Assembly: GCF_028368995.1 (NCBI RefSeq)
Contig: NZ_JAQNDL010000001.1
Location: 1,600,001-1,664,000 of the forward strand
Direction: 5' to 3'
DNA from: Nannocystis bainbridge
GTDB taxonomy: Bacteria; Myxococcota_A; Polyangia; Nannocystales; Nannocystaceae
DNA: 64,000 bases
Positions 1 to 11,041 of this stretch are shown here, in pieces. The notes beneath the pieces are model-generated. The model saw only the letters and a list, made by a program, of their open reading frames with translations, was not told where the DNA came from and searched no databases. Positions within the stretch are counted from its first letter, which is position 1; each line of letters begins with the position of its first letter. The position numbers were made by a program, and so were the translations under genes.

Positions 1-1837
<1,837 letters not shown>

Positions 1838-2094
1838 GAGACTTCGCACGAGGCTGAAACCACAATACCAACATTCACGCCGTTACGTGATCCGACCCCG
1901 ATCGGAACGGAAGAAACATCCTCACGAGCGGACTTGCCGCCGATTCCCCCCAAACCGCCGAAGCTCCGCCGCGGGCCCTCGTGACGGCGCGGACTGGCCG
2001 CCGGCGGCCTCGAAGGGCGCCTGCAGGTGCGCGAAGCCGCTCACGGGCCCCGCGACGGAGCAGCCCGAGCGACGCGGCGGCTCCGGCGCGCCTC

Positions 2095-2970
2095 TCAGCG
2101 CGAGTCCAGCCGGAACGGTCGGCCGTCGCGGCCCTCGAGCAGCGGCACCAGCTCGGCCACGGTCGCCGGCAGCGCGACCCCCTCGGCCTCCGGCGCGCGC
2201 GTGAGCGGCACCCCGAGCTGGCGCACGGCGGCGGCCGTCTTGCCGCCCAGCTGCCACGCGACGGCCAGCAGGGTCGGAAAATCGACCCCCTCGCAGCGGC
2301 ACTGCTCGAGCGCGCCGGGCAGGCCGTCGAGCAGGACCTGACTGCGCTGGTCGGGCGCGGCGTCGCGGACCGCCTCGAACACCCCGCCGATCGGCGCGCA
2401 GGCCTTCGCGCTCGGCTCCAGCAGCGCCGCCAGCGTGCTCGCCCGCTGCTCGGCGGGCGCGGCGAGCACGGCCTGCACGGCCGGCGGCGTCGACGGCGGC
2501 GCGGGCACCACGTCCCCGGCGACGGCCACGACGAGCGCGACGGTCGTGCCCTCGGGCACCATCCCCGCGACCTCGGCCAGCGCGCGCGCCGGCGCCCCTG
2601 CGTCGGCGGCCAACAGGAGGTGGGCCGACCGCGCCTGACCGGTGTTGCGCGCCAGCTGACCCGCCCGCTCGAGCTCCTCCGCGAGCCGCTCCTGGAGGCC
2701 CGCGGCGGTCAGCGGCTGGGTGTCGAACACATAACCGCCGTCGGCCATGACGAACACCGGCAGGCCGTCTGCCACGGCGACCCCGCGGCTCGACGGCGGG
2801 AACTGCCCGCCCCCTGGCAATTGCAGGACCACCGGCTCGCCCGCGCCCTGGGCGAACTGGGCCCGCATCTGCGCGACCTTGGCGGCGCACTCGCTCACGG
2901 GCGCCTCCGGTGCCACGGCGGACGAGGTGCAGGCGAACAGACAGGCGAGGGCGAGCCATGCGCGCGACAT
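2095..2970 (-). CDS. Putative lipoprotein with ExbD/TolR-like periplasmic segment
   Basis: MSRAWLALACLFAC lipobox-like start at 2970; VFVMADGGYVFD...LQERL...LLLAADAGAP resembles the ExbD fold. Confidence 0.6.
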   Translation of the reverse strand: MSRAWLALACLFACTSSAVAPEAPVSECAAKVAQMRAQFAQGAGEPVVLQLPGGGQFPPSSRGVAVADGLPVFVMADGGYVFDTQPLTAAGLQERLAEELERAGQLARNTGQARSAHLLLAADAGAPARALAEVAGMVPEGTTVALVVAVAGDVVPAPPSTPPAVQAVLAAPAEQRASTLAALLEPSAKACAPIGGVFEAVRDAAPDQRSQVLLDGLPGALEQCRCEGVDFPTLLAVAWQLGGKTAAAVRQLGVPLTRAPEAEGVALPATVAELVPLLEGRDGRPFRLDSR

Positions 2971-3239
2971 CCGGCCATGGTAGCGGATCTCGCAGGCCGC
3001 GAGCGCGCGCCCCGGCGGCTCGCCGGTGCCCAACGCGAACCGCCGGGCGCGGAGGAGACGCCTGACCCAAGAGACAGCCTCGCTCGCGCGGCCCCCCGAG
3101 GCGCGGACGAGGACGACGGTTCGGCGACGAGACATCGATCTCGCGGCGACCGGCCCCCGGCGCGCGCCCGGGTCGGCGTCGTCCGACGCGGGGCGGTCGC
3201 GCAGCCGCGCGAGCCGAGGAGGTTGCAGGGGGAGCCTCA

Positions 3240-3277
3240 CCGCATGTCCGCGAGGACATGTCTGTTCGGACATCCGC
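3240..3277. repeat. 14-bp-phased CATG palindrome array (3 units)
   Basis: catgtcc-gcga-ggacatgtct-gttc-ggacatc; cores at 3243, 3257, 3271. Confidence 0.85.
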
Positions 3278-3328
3278 GCGCGCCCGAGCGCCTGTCGAAC
3301 GGTCCGCGCCTGTGGCATCGTCCCGGCC

Positions 3329-4045
3329 ATGCGTCCCCTCGCCGCCGCCCTCGCCGTCCTGCTGGTCCCGCTCGCCGCCCGCGCCGACATGCTGCCCGAC
3401 GGGCACAAGGGCGTCGAACTGTCCGTGCGCGTCGAGGCCCAGGTCCCGAAGGGCAAGGCGCTGGTGCTGGCCAACACCTTCGAGGGCGGCACCCTCATCG
3501 TCCCCGGCACCGACCAGAAGATCTCGTGGCACCCGCTCGGCGGCGAGATGCAGCTGCGCCTGATCGCCGCCGGCGACACCGATGCGATCAAGGCCGCCGG
3601 CGCCGACCTCGACCGCGACAAGATCAAGCCCCTGCTCGCCGCCGGCGCCGCGTGTGGCCCGACGTTCCCCGGCGTGCGCACGATCGTCGACACCTCGCCC
3701 GCCGTCGAGGTCCGCTGGACCTGGCGCGCCACGATCGACGGCGCCAAGTGCAGCGCCGAGTTGGTCAAGCAGGAGTACCTCGACGCCACCGGCAAGGCCG
3801 TGGGCACCCCGCCGTCGCCCGAGGCGCCCAAGCCCGTGAACGCCCCGCTCGCCGACCCGCCGAAGCCGCCCGACGCTCCCGCTCCGGCCGACAAGACGCC
3901 CGCCCAGGCCCCGGTCCCCGTCAAGGCCGTCGAGCCGCCCGCCAAAGCTCCGGAGTCCGCCAGCGGCTGCGACGCCGGCGGCTCGGCCCCGGGCGGCCTC
4001 GTCGGCCTCGCCCTGGTCCTGTGGCTGCGCCGGCGCCGGGCCTGA
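3329..4045 (+). CDS. Secreted protein with Pro/Ala-rich stalk and MYXO-CTERM-like sorting signal
   Basis: Signal peptide MRPLAAALAVLLVPLAARA; C-terminus SGCDAGG...LVGLALVLWLRRRRA. Confidence 0.8.
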   Translation: MRPLAAALAVLLVPLAARADMLPDGHKGVELSVRVEAQVPKGKALVLANTFEGGTLIVPGTDQKISWHPLGGEMQLRLIAAGDTDAIKAAGADLDRDKIKPLLAAGAACGPTFPGVRTIVDTSPAVEVRWTWRATIDGAKCSAELVKQEYLDATGKAVGTPPSPEAPKPVNAPLADPPKPPDAPAPADKTPAQAPVPVKAVEPPAKAPESASGCDAGGSAPGGLVGLALVLWLRRRRA

Positions 4046-4276
4046 TGTCCAACAGGACATGTCCCGAAGTTCTTGTCAACCGCACACGCGCGGCCGCGCC
4101 GGCGCCGGTCCTGATGTCCGCAAGGACATGTCCATAAGTTCATGTCGCCCGCACACGCGCGGCCGCGCCGGCGCGCGATCCGATGTCTTCAAGGACATGT
4201 CTCGAAGCGCAGGTCACCCCCACGCGGACGCCGGGGCGAGCCGGCGCCGCTCCTGATGCCCGCAAGGACATGTCCC
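4041..4276. repeat. Higher-order tandem repeat (4 copies, 69/69/73-bp period) built from 14-bp-phased CATG units
   Basis: gatg(t/c)c...aggacatgtc with gatg cores at 4044, 4113, 4182, 4255; copies 1 and 2 share the tail cgcacacgcgcggccgcgccggcgc. Confidence 0.9.
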
Positions 4277-4712
4277 GCCCGGCGGTCGCCGACCAAGCTC
4301 CACCCGCAGCGCCCGGCTCATGGCGAGATCTCGCCCACTCCCGGCGGCGCGGTGCCCTGTCCGCGAGGCCATCTGCACGCCCCGGCTGCTCCGTTCGCGC
4401 CCGCGCGCAGGGTCGGCGGTGACCGCATTCGGCGCCCCGGGAGGGCGAGCTCGCAGCAGCCAGACGCGTGCGCCGCCCTCGTAGCATTGCGACCTCGCCC
4501 CGATGCTCGCCGCTCGCCGACCCACCGCGGCCCGGGCGCCGCCCCCCGCGAACCAGGGGCGGCGGTCGACGATCGGGGGCCGACCGACTCCGCACCGGCC
4601 GGTAGGTCCGGGCGACGCCCCGCGACCGCCCTGTCCTTGCGAGTTCGTAACGCGTAAGTTCGCGCCCGAACGCGCCGGTGGTTTTGCACGCCGGACGAGA
4701 CGACCGAGGAAC

Positions 4713-5738
4713 ATGCGGATCTGCGTCCTTCTCTCCGCCTACGAGGCGTCCCCGATGGTCGAACAGGAGACGACCTACGAGCCGGCGCGCTGGCTGACCG
4801 GCCACGAGGTCGAGGTCGTGACGCTCGGCAAATCGAGCTCCGCCGCGACCCTCCGGCGCCTGGCCGCCCGCGGATTCGACGTGTTCCTCAACCTCTGCGA
4901 CGGCGCGTGGTTCGAGGAAGTCGCCGGCCTCGAGGTCGTCGAGGAGCTCGAGCGGCTCGGCGTCGCCTTCACCGGCCCGACCTCGCGGGCCTACGCGCTC
5001 ACCAAGGCCGACATGAAGCGGACCGCGCTGGCCCTCGGCGTCGCCACCCCGGCCCACGCCTTTGTCACGGCCGACATCGAGGTCGAGCGCGCCGCCCGGT
5101 CGCTGCGCCTGCCGGTCATCGTCAAGCACTTCGACGGCTGCGCCAGCATCGGCCTCACCCCGGAGTCGCGCGTGCGCACGCCCGACGAGCTGCTCGCGCG
5201 GGCCCGCGGCACGATCGACGAGTTCGGCGGCGCGCTGCTCGAGGAGTTCGTCGAAGGCCACGAATACACCGTGCTGGTCGCCGAGAACCCCGACGACCCG
5301 GCGCGGCCGCTGGTGTTCCCGCCGGTGGTCTGCACATTCCCCCCGGGCGAGAGCTTCAAGCACTTCGCCCTCAAATGGCACGAGTACCAGGGCATGCGCT
5401 GGTCCCCGTGCGCCGACCCGCAGCTGGCCGAGCGATTGGTGGCAGCGACGCGGCAGATCTTCCTCGCCACCGACGGCGTCAGCTACGCGCGCTGCGACTT
5501 CCGCGTCGACGCCGACGGCCAGCCCTGGTACCTCGAGATCAACACCTCCTGCGGGATCTTCTACCCGCCCGGCGCCGAGGGCAGCGCCGACATGATCCTG
5601 CAGAACGACCCCACCCTCGGTCACCGCGGGTTCATGGACCACATCCTGCGCTGCGCCCTGCTCCGGGCCCGAAAGCCGGCGCGGAGGCCCCGCCGCGGCT
5701 TCGCGGCGACCTTCTCGCCCGAGCCCGAGCCGGCGTAG
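4713..5738 (+). CDS. ATP-grasp protein, D-Ala-D-Ala ligase-like
   Basis: FDVFLNLCDG, GVAFTG, LPVIVKH, LLEEFVEGHEYTV, YARCDFRVD, YLEIN; ATG at 4713. Confidence 0.85.
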   Translation: MRICVLLSAYEASPMVEQETTYEPARWLTGHEVEVVTLGKSSSAATLRRLAARGFDVFLNLCDGAWFEEVAGLEVVEELERLGVAFTGPTSRAYALTKADMKRTALALGVATPAHAFVTADIEVERAARSLRLPVIVKHFDGCASIGLTPESRVRTPDELLARARGTIDEFGGALLEEFVEGHEYTVLVAENPDDPARPLVFPPVVCTFPPGESFKHFALKWHEYQGMRWSPCADPQLAERLVAATRQIFLATDGVSYARCDFRVDADGQPWYLEINTSCGIFYPPGAEGSADMILQNDPTLGHRGFMDHILRCALLRARKPARRPRRGFAATFSPEPEPA

Positions 5739-5788
5739 ACCGTCGACGCTGCGACGGCGCGACGGCCCTCGCCGTCACGCCGCGGCCG

Positions 5789-7339
5789 TCAGCCGCAGGT
5801 CGGCCCGTACGACAGGTCGTTGATGCTGGCCTCGAGGTCCGGCAGCTGCATGTAGTCGTTCGAGCCGTCGAGCGAGATCTGGTACAGCTCGTCGCCGTTG
5901 TTCGAGAACGCCTGCTTCGTCACCGGGTCGAACTCGAGCCCGACCGAATTCCACTGACCCTCGGGGATGTCGGCGACCACCGTGCCCTCGCCGGTCGCGG
6001 GGTCGATGCTGAGGATCCGGCTGTTCTGGCCGTCGGTGACGAGCATGCGCTCGCCGACGCAGTCGACCGCCATGCCGCAGGCCTGGATGTTGACCCCGTT
6101 GCCGCCGGCGGTGATCGGCTTGGCGTCGGTGACCTCGCCGGTGGCCGGGTCGAAGGTGACGAGCTCGTCGGCGTCGGAGTCGACGCCGTAGAGGGTGCCG
6201 TCGTCGAGGAAGCCGAGGCCGCAGATCGATCGCCCGTGGTCGGCCAGCTCGGTCGGGGTGTCGCCGCTGCAGTAGTCGACGACGATGAGGACCTGCTTGG
6301 CCGACTGCGAGCAATAGATGCTGCCGTCGGCCGGGGAGATCGCGCAGGTGATCACCGCGTAGGGCGGCGCCAGCGGGCCGATGTCGACGCTGGCGAACGG
6401 CGTGATGTCGCCGTTCTCGACGTTGACCTCGGCGAACTCGCCGTTGTCGAGCGCGGTGTAGAGCACGCGGTCGCCCGGGTTGATGTCCGCGTTCGAATCA
6501 TAGCAGTCGGAGCCGACATCGACCCCCGGAGGGACGCTGGTGTCGCCCCAGCCGTCGCCGTCCTCGTCCTTCATGCACTTCGTCGGGTCTTCGACCTCGG
6601 CCGAGCCCGGGAAGGTGGCGGCGTCGTCGTCGTCACAGTCGGTCCCGGGCGTCACGTCCGGGTTCATCGGCATGCTCTCGCCCCAGTCGTCGCCGTCGAC
6701 GTCGGTCATGCACGCCATCGCGTCGTCGTTCGGCGCCGCCCCCGGGAAGGTGTGCTCCGAGCCGTCGTCGCAGTCGGTCCCCGGCGTCGCGTCCGGGTCG
6801 TCCGGGGTGCTGTCGCCCCAGCCGTCGCCGTCGAGGTCCTGCATGCAAGCGTCGGGCGGGTCCTCGTTCTCGGCCGCGCCCGGGAAGGTGTTCGGGTCGT
6901 CGTCGGCGCAGTCGTCGTCGTTGGGCACGAACCCGTCCGGCGGGTCCTCGCCGGGCTCCTGCGGCACGCAGTTGGCGGGGTCGCCGAAGCCGTCGCCGTC
7001 CTTGTCCTCGCACCACACCCCGCCCCCGCCGCCGGTGATCGTCTCGCTCTCGCTGTTCGAGTTCGAGTTCGAGTTCGATTCGCTGTTGCTGTTGCTGCCC
7101 TCGGTCGCGCTGCCCTCGGACGCGCTGCCCTCCGTCGGCGCCGACGCCGACCCCTCGGTGTCCGATTCGCTGCCCTCCGTCGCGCCGCTCTCGCTCGCGC
7201 TCGCGGTCAGCCCCGCCGTCATGCACGCCTCGAGCGACTGATTGAACACCGCGCCGTCGTCGACGCACGTGCTCGAACAACCGGGCGCGTGGCACAGCCC
7301 CGCCGCCAGCAACCAACCGAATCGACGCATGGAGGCCAT
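5789..7339 (-). CDS. Lipoprotein with Asp/Cys-rich putative metal-binding repeats and a C-terminal beta-propeller
   Basis: Lipobox-like HAPGC; Ser/Glu/Asn linker; repeated DxDGDGWGD...GTDCDD...TFPGAA; propeller-like tail. Start 7339 or 7330. Confidence 0.8.
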   Translation of the reverse strand: MASMRRFGWLLAAGLCHAPGCSSTCVDDGAVFNQSLEACMTAGLTASASESGATEGSESDTEGSASAPTEGSASEGSATEGSNSNSESNSNSNSNSESETITGGGGGVWCEDKDGDGFGDPANCVPQEPGEDPPDGFVPNDDDCADDDPNTFPGAAENEDPPDACMQDLDGDGWGDSTPDDPDATPGTDCDDGSEHTFPGAAPNDDAMACMTDVDGDDWGESMPMNPDVTPGTDCDDDDAATFPGSAEVEDPTKCMKDEDGDGWGDTSVPPGVDVGSDCYDSNADINPGDRVLYTALDNGEFAEVNVENGDITPFASVDIGPLAPPYAVITCAISPADGSIYCSQSAKQVLIVVDYCSGDTPTELADHGRSICGLGFLDDGTLYGVDSDADELVTFDPATGEVTDAKPITAGGNGVNIQACGMAVDCVGERMLVTDGQNSRILSIDPATGEGTVVADIPEGQWNSVGLEFDPVTKQAFSNNGDELYQISLDGSNDYMQLPDLEASINDLSYGPTCG

Positions 7340-7597
7340 GCACCACCGTATCGGCCCCGCCCCAGGCCCGCAAGAGCGCGCCGCGCGGGCGAACGTTCTC
7401 GCGCGAGGTCCACGCGTCACGAGGGGTCACGCCTGTCGCATCGCGCCGGAGATCGGGGTTCCCGATCGACACGCCCCAAGATGGGGACACGGCCCGCTCC
7501 CGAGGCGAGCCTCATGGTCACCGGAGCGACTCCGACACCCAAAGCCGCGACGAACCACACCTGCCCGAAGAGACAGGTTGGAATCGAGGCGAGGCGC

Positions 7598-9334
7598 TCA
7601 CGGGGCCAGCATCGGGTTGCGCGACGCCGGCAGCGTGCGCGTCGCCCCGACCTCCGGCAGCTCGAACGGCGCGGGACCGTGGGCCTCCCACGACCACCAG
7701 GCGAAGCTCGGGTCCTCGAGGTCGCGATCGAAGCGCATCCGCGTCGCCAGCGGCCGGCCCTCGGGCGACACCGCCACGATCTCGACGCTCATCGTGCCCG
7801 ACTCGATGCGCTCGCCGACCCGGAAGCGATCGGCCTCGGCGCGGAACAGGCGGTCGAGCGGGGCGTACAGCCAGCCGCCGTCGGGTCGCAGCTCGAGGGT
7901 GCGCGCGTCGACGCGGGTCACGGTCAGCGCGCCCAGGCCGGCGTACAGATAGCGCAGCTCGGCCGGGAACGGCAGCCCCGCCAATCGCCGCCCGGCCCGC
8001 GCATACAACATCAGCAGATCGCTCGGGGCCCGCAGCAAGACGACCCGTTCGGGCGGCGCGGCGGTCAAGTAGACGTCCGCGGCCCGCGAGGCGAGCCCGT
8101 CGATCTGCGCCAGCGACGTCGCGCGCACCGGCAGCATCACCGCGGACAGCAGCACGTGCAGCACGAACCACCCGCGGCCGAACCACCGCAGCCCGGCGCG
8201 GCGGTCCCCGGTCTCGCGCAGCTCGGCGCACAGCTGCGCCGCGAAGCCGAACACGCCGAAGCCGATCAGCAACAGCTGACGATCGGTCGGCAGCGTCGAT
8301 CCGAGAGGCAACGCGCACAACAGCGTGCCGACCGCCCAGAACCGCAGCGCCGCGCTGCGCCGCAGCTCGGCCCGAAACCACGCCGCCAGGCCCGCGAGCG
8401 TCACCGCGGCGACCAGCGCAGCCGGCAGGAACAGGCCCGGCGCCATGGCGAGCGCCTCGCCGGCGCTGATGAACACCTGCGACCATACGAGGATCAGCCC
8501 GTGCGCGAGCGAGCGGACCAGGAAGCCGGGCTGGTCGCCCGGATCGAAGTAAAACCCGGAATGTGCGGTGCCGTATCCGGCCGCGACGTAGGCGACCCGC
8601 CACGCCACCACCACCGCGGCCGCGGGCAGCAGCGACACCAGCCGCCGGGTCACCGGCCCGCGCTCGATGCACAGGGCATACGCGGCGAGGAACCCGCAGA
8701 CGGCCACCGCGCCCTCGCTGGCGAGCAATCCGAGCAGCAACAGGGCAGGAGCCAGCGCCGCGCCCGGGCGCCAGCCCTCACGCCAGCGCACGTACGCGGC
8801 CAGGCACCCGAGCGCCAGCGTGGCGCCCATCATGCCGTTGCGCGCCGCGAGCCAGCCGACCACCATGCCGTGGCTGTGATCGATCGCGTAAAGCAGCGTC
8901 GCCAGCCCGCAGGCCCAGCGCGCCGGGATCAGCCGGCCGTAGACCCGCGCCGCGACGACCAGCAGCAGCGCGTACCACCCCAGGCTTTGCACGTGCATCC
9001 ACACGGGCTGTCCGGGCCACAGGCGCAGATCGACGAGGTGGGTGACGGCCGCGAGCGGACGCAGGAGCGCGAGTGACATCGCCTCGTGCTTCCACCACGG
9101 CGCGTCGGCGCCGGCGAACAGCGGCGTCGGCCCGCCGAACAGCACGAACAGATCCCCCGGGTCGCCGCCGCCGTCGGCCACGCGGGCCGCCTGCAGCAGG
9201 TCGTCGAGGTTGAGCCCGTTGGCGAGGCTGGGCGCGCAGAGCAACACCCCGAGCAACACCGCGACCCACGTCGCCCCGGGCCGGGCGAGCGCGCGGACGT
9301 ACAGCGGTTCGGTGCTCGCATTCACTCGCTCCAA
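7598..9334 (-). CDS. Polytopic membrane protein, GT-C glycosyltransferase-like
   Basis: About 11 hydrophobic segments; LNLDD after TM1, LLRPL, WLAARN, LLASE motifs. Start may be GTG 9325. Confidence 0.7.
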   Translation of the reverse strand: MERVNASTEPLYVRALARPGATWVAVLLGVLLCAPSLANGLNLDDLLQAARVADGGGDPGDLFVLFGGPTPLFAGADAPWWKHEAMSLALLRPLAAVTHLVDLRLWPGQPVWMHVQSLGWYALLLVVAARVYGRLIPARWACGLATLLYAIDHSHGMVVGWLAARNGMMGATLALGCLAAYVRWREGWRPGAALAPALLLLGLLASEGAVAVCGFLAAYALCIERGPVTRRLVSLLPAAAVVVAWRVAYVAAGYGTAHSGFYFDPGDQPGFLVRSLAHGLILVWSQVFISAGEALAMAPGLFLPAALVAAVTLAGLAAWFRAELRRSAALRFWAVGTLLCALPLGSTLPTDRQLLLIGFGVFGFAAQLCAELRETGDRRAGLRWFGRGWFVLHVLLSAVMLPVRATSLAQIDGLASRAADVYLTAAPPERVVLLRAPSDLLMLYARAGRRLAGLPFPAELRYLYAGLGALTVTRVDARTLELRPDGGWLYAPLDRLFRAEADRFRVGERIESGTMSVEIVAVSPEGRPLATRMRFDRDLEDPSFAWWSWEAHGPAPFELPEVGATRTLPASRNPMLAP

Positions 9335-9533
9335 TCGATCTCACGCCGCCGCGCCCCGGGCAAGGGGTGGCCGAGCCTCACAGGTGCCCCCCAGCCACGC
9401 GTAACGCCGTGCTCTCGATGGTTGCGCGCGACAGCCTCGGTGTTGCGCTTCGGCACTCGAACGACGCTCCGCCGGCTCCCCGCGAGCGCGGGGGCCCGGT
9501 GCACCGAGCTCGCCACACCCGGCCCGCCTCACC

Positions 9534-9613
9534 GGACATGGCTCAAAAATTATGCCCGCATGGACATGTCCACTCGAACATGCTCTTCCATGCATGTCCT
9601 TAGGGACATGCAT
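9534..9613. repeat. 14-bp-phased CATG palindrome array (6 units)
   Basis: Cores at 9537, 9551 (tatg), 9565, 9579, 9593, 9607. Confidence 0.95.
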
Positions 9614-9757
9614 GTTCTCCGCTCAGCTGGCGCACGCGAGCTCGCCGCCCTGACCATGCCGCCGTCGCTCGTGCTGGCGACCGCTGCTCGCCTGCGCGAC
9701 GGGCCTGCGCCGCGCAGGTCGGTGAGCTCGAGCTACGACCCTTCGCGCCGTGGACGT

Positions 9758-10882
9758 TCACAGGCGACGCACGCGGAAGTCCGGCGAAAAATAATCCTCG
9801 TAGTTCGGGTCGTTACGCCATACCCAGATCTCGTAGGTCCCCGCCGGCAGCTCGAGCGGGTTGTCCTGTTCCCCGATCAAGCCCACCGACTCCGGCGTCG
9901 GCTCCAGGCTGACATCGTCGCCCACCCGCCGCGGAAGAATCGGCAATTCGTCCTCGTCGGCCGGCTCGCTCAGGCAGCGCAGCAAACTAAAGACCCGCCC
10001 GCCAGTCTCGAACGCATAGCGACCGTCCTCCGCCAGCTCGAGCGTCCTCCGATTACGGCCGAAGTCGGTCGAGAGCGCGTACCACCCCCCGGTCGCACAG
10101 GCGCCCGACATCGTCCAGCTCGCCGAGTCGCCCTGCCACTCGATCGGCTCCGCCGTTCCGCACGCGAGACCGCCGGCCCCCGGGTAGTACTGCTTCGAAT
10201 GCTTCGAGTAGTCGTCCATGACAGCTTGCGACGAGCTGCCCAGCACCTCGACGAACAGCGCCGAGATCGCGGCGGGCTGCATACCCCGCGAGCTCCGCAC
10301 GTACAGATCCATGAAGCGCTCGACCCCGTAGGTCTCGATCAGCCAGGCGACGAAGTGCCCGGCCGACGGATACTTCTCCCATGGCACGGCCGCTGCCAGA
10401 TCCTCGACGGTCAGCGGCAGCAGAGTGCGCTGAGCGTTGCCCTGCAGGCGGACCGCGATGCCCTCCTTCAGCAGCGTCAACGGATTGCTGCGAGCCATCG
10501 CCGTCCAGGCGTGCACGATCTCGTGCGCTGCTACCTCGAGGGTCGTGCGCACCACCGGCGACTTGTAACACCCCCTGAGTTCGTGGTCCCGGCCGCAGTC
10601 GGCCCCGATCGCCGCCAGCTCCTCGTCGGCGTACAGATACAGCCACACGTATTCGCGCGAGACCCCGAGCATCGCCTCGATCGCGTCGATCTGCGCCTCC
10701 CAGCCATCCATGACCTCCTGGCACAGCTCGGCCTCGAACGAGGTCCCGATCCGCAGCCGCTCCGTCGCGTAGCGCGGCACGAACGGCGCCTCGACCTCGG
10801 CCTCGCAGGCCGCCGCCGCAATGGCCAGGGCGACCAGCGACCGCTTCGCCGTCCGGGTGATTGACGCCTCATACTCGTGCAT
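9758..10882 (-). CDS. Lipoprotein with HExxH (zincin-like) motif
   Basis: LVALAIAAAAC lipobox; AAHEIVHAW followed by LKEGIA; ATG at 10882. The upstream part of the track ORF is a shadow of 11042-12781. Confidence 0.75.
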   Translation of the reverse strand: MHEYEASITRTAKRSLVALAIAAAACEAEVEAPFVPRYATERLRIGTSFEAELCQEVMDGWEAQIDAIEAMLGVSREYVWLYLYADEELAAIGADCGRDHELRGCYKSPVVRTTLEVAAHEIVHAWTAMARSNPLTLLKEGIAVRLQGNAQRTLLPLTVEDLAAAVPWEKYPSAGHFVAWLIETYGVERFMDLYVRSSRGMQPAAISALFVEVLGSSSQAVMDDYSKHSKQYYPGAGGLACGTAEPIEWQGDSASWTMSGACATGGWYALSTDFGRNRRTLELAEDGRYAFETGGRVFSLLRCLSEPADEDELPILPRRVGDDVSLEPTPESVGLIGEQDNPLELPAGTYEIWVWRNDPNYEDYFSPDFRVRRL

Positions 10883-11041
10883 AAAAAACCTGCGCCCGCG
10901 CCTCCACGCATACCCGGCAGGCGCCCCCGCGTCGAGCGTCTCGCCCCTCGGCATCGACCCCCTCGCGTCCCGCACAGCCGTGATGACCCCCACGGGCGCC
11001 CGCGTTGACGCGCGCGGGCGCGTACGCGAGCCTGCTCGAAG

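Noticed and set aside
4041-4276. Possible CRISPR array
   Set aside because: Repeats are degenerate, the 'spacers' resemble each other, and there are no cas genes.
7062-7095. (TTCGAG)n and (GTTGCT)n microsatellite-like runs
   Set aside because: They encode the Ser/Asn linker of a lipoprotein; in-frame low complexity, not a phase-variation tract.
9534-9613. Match of the CATG unit to the p53 half-site RRRCATGYYY
   Set aside because: Bacterial context and 14-bp rather than 10-bp periodicity; treated as coincidence.
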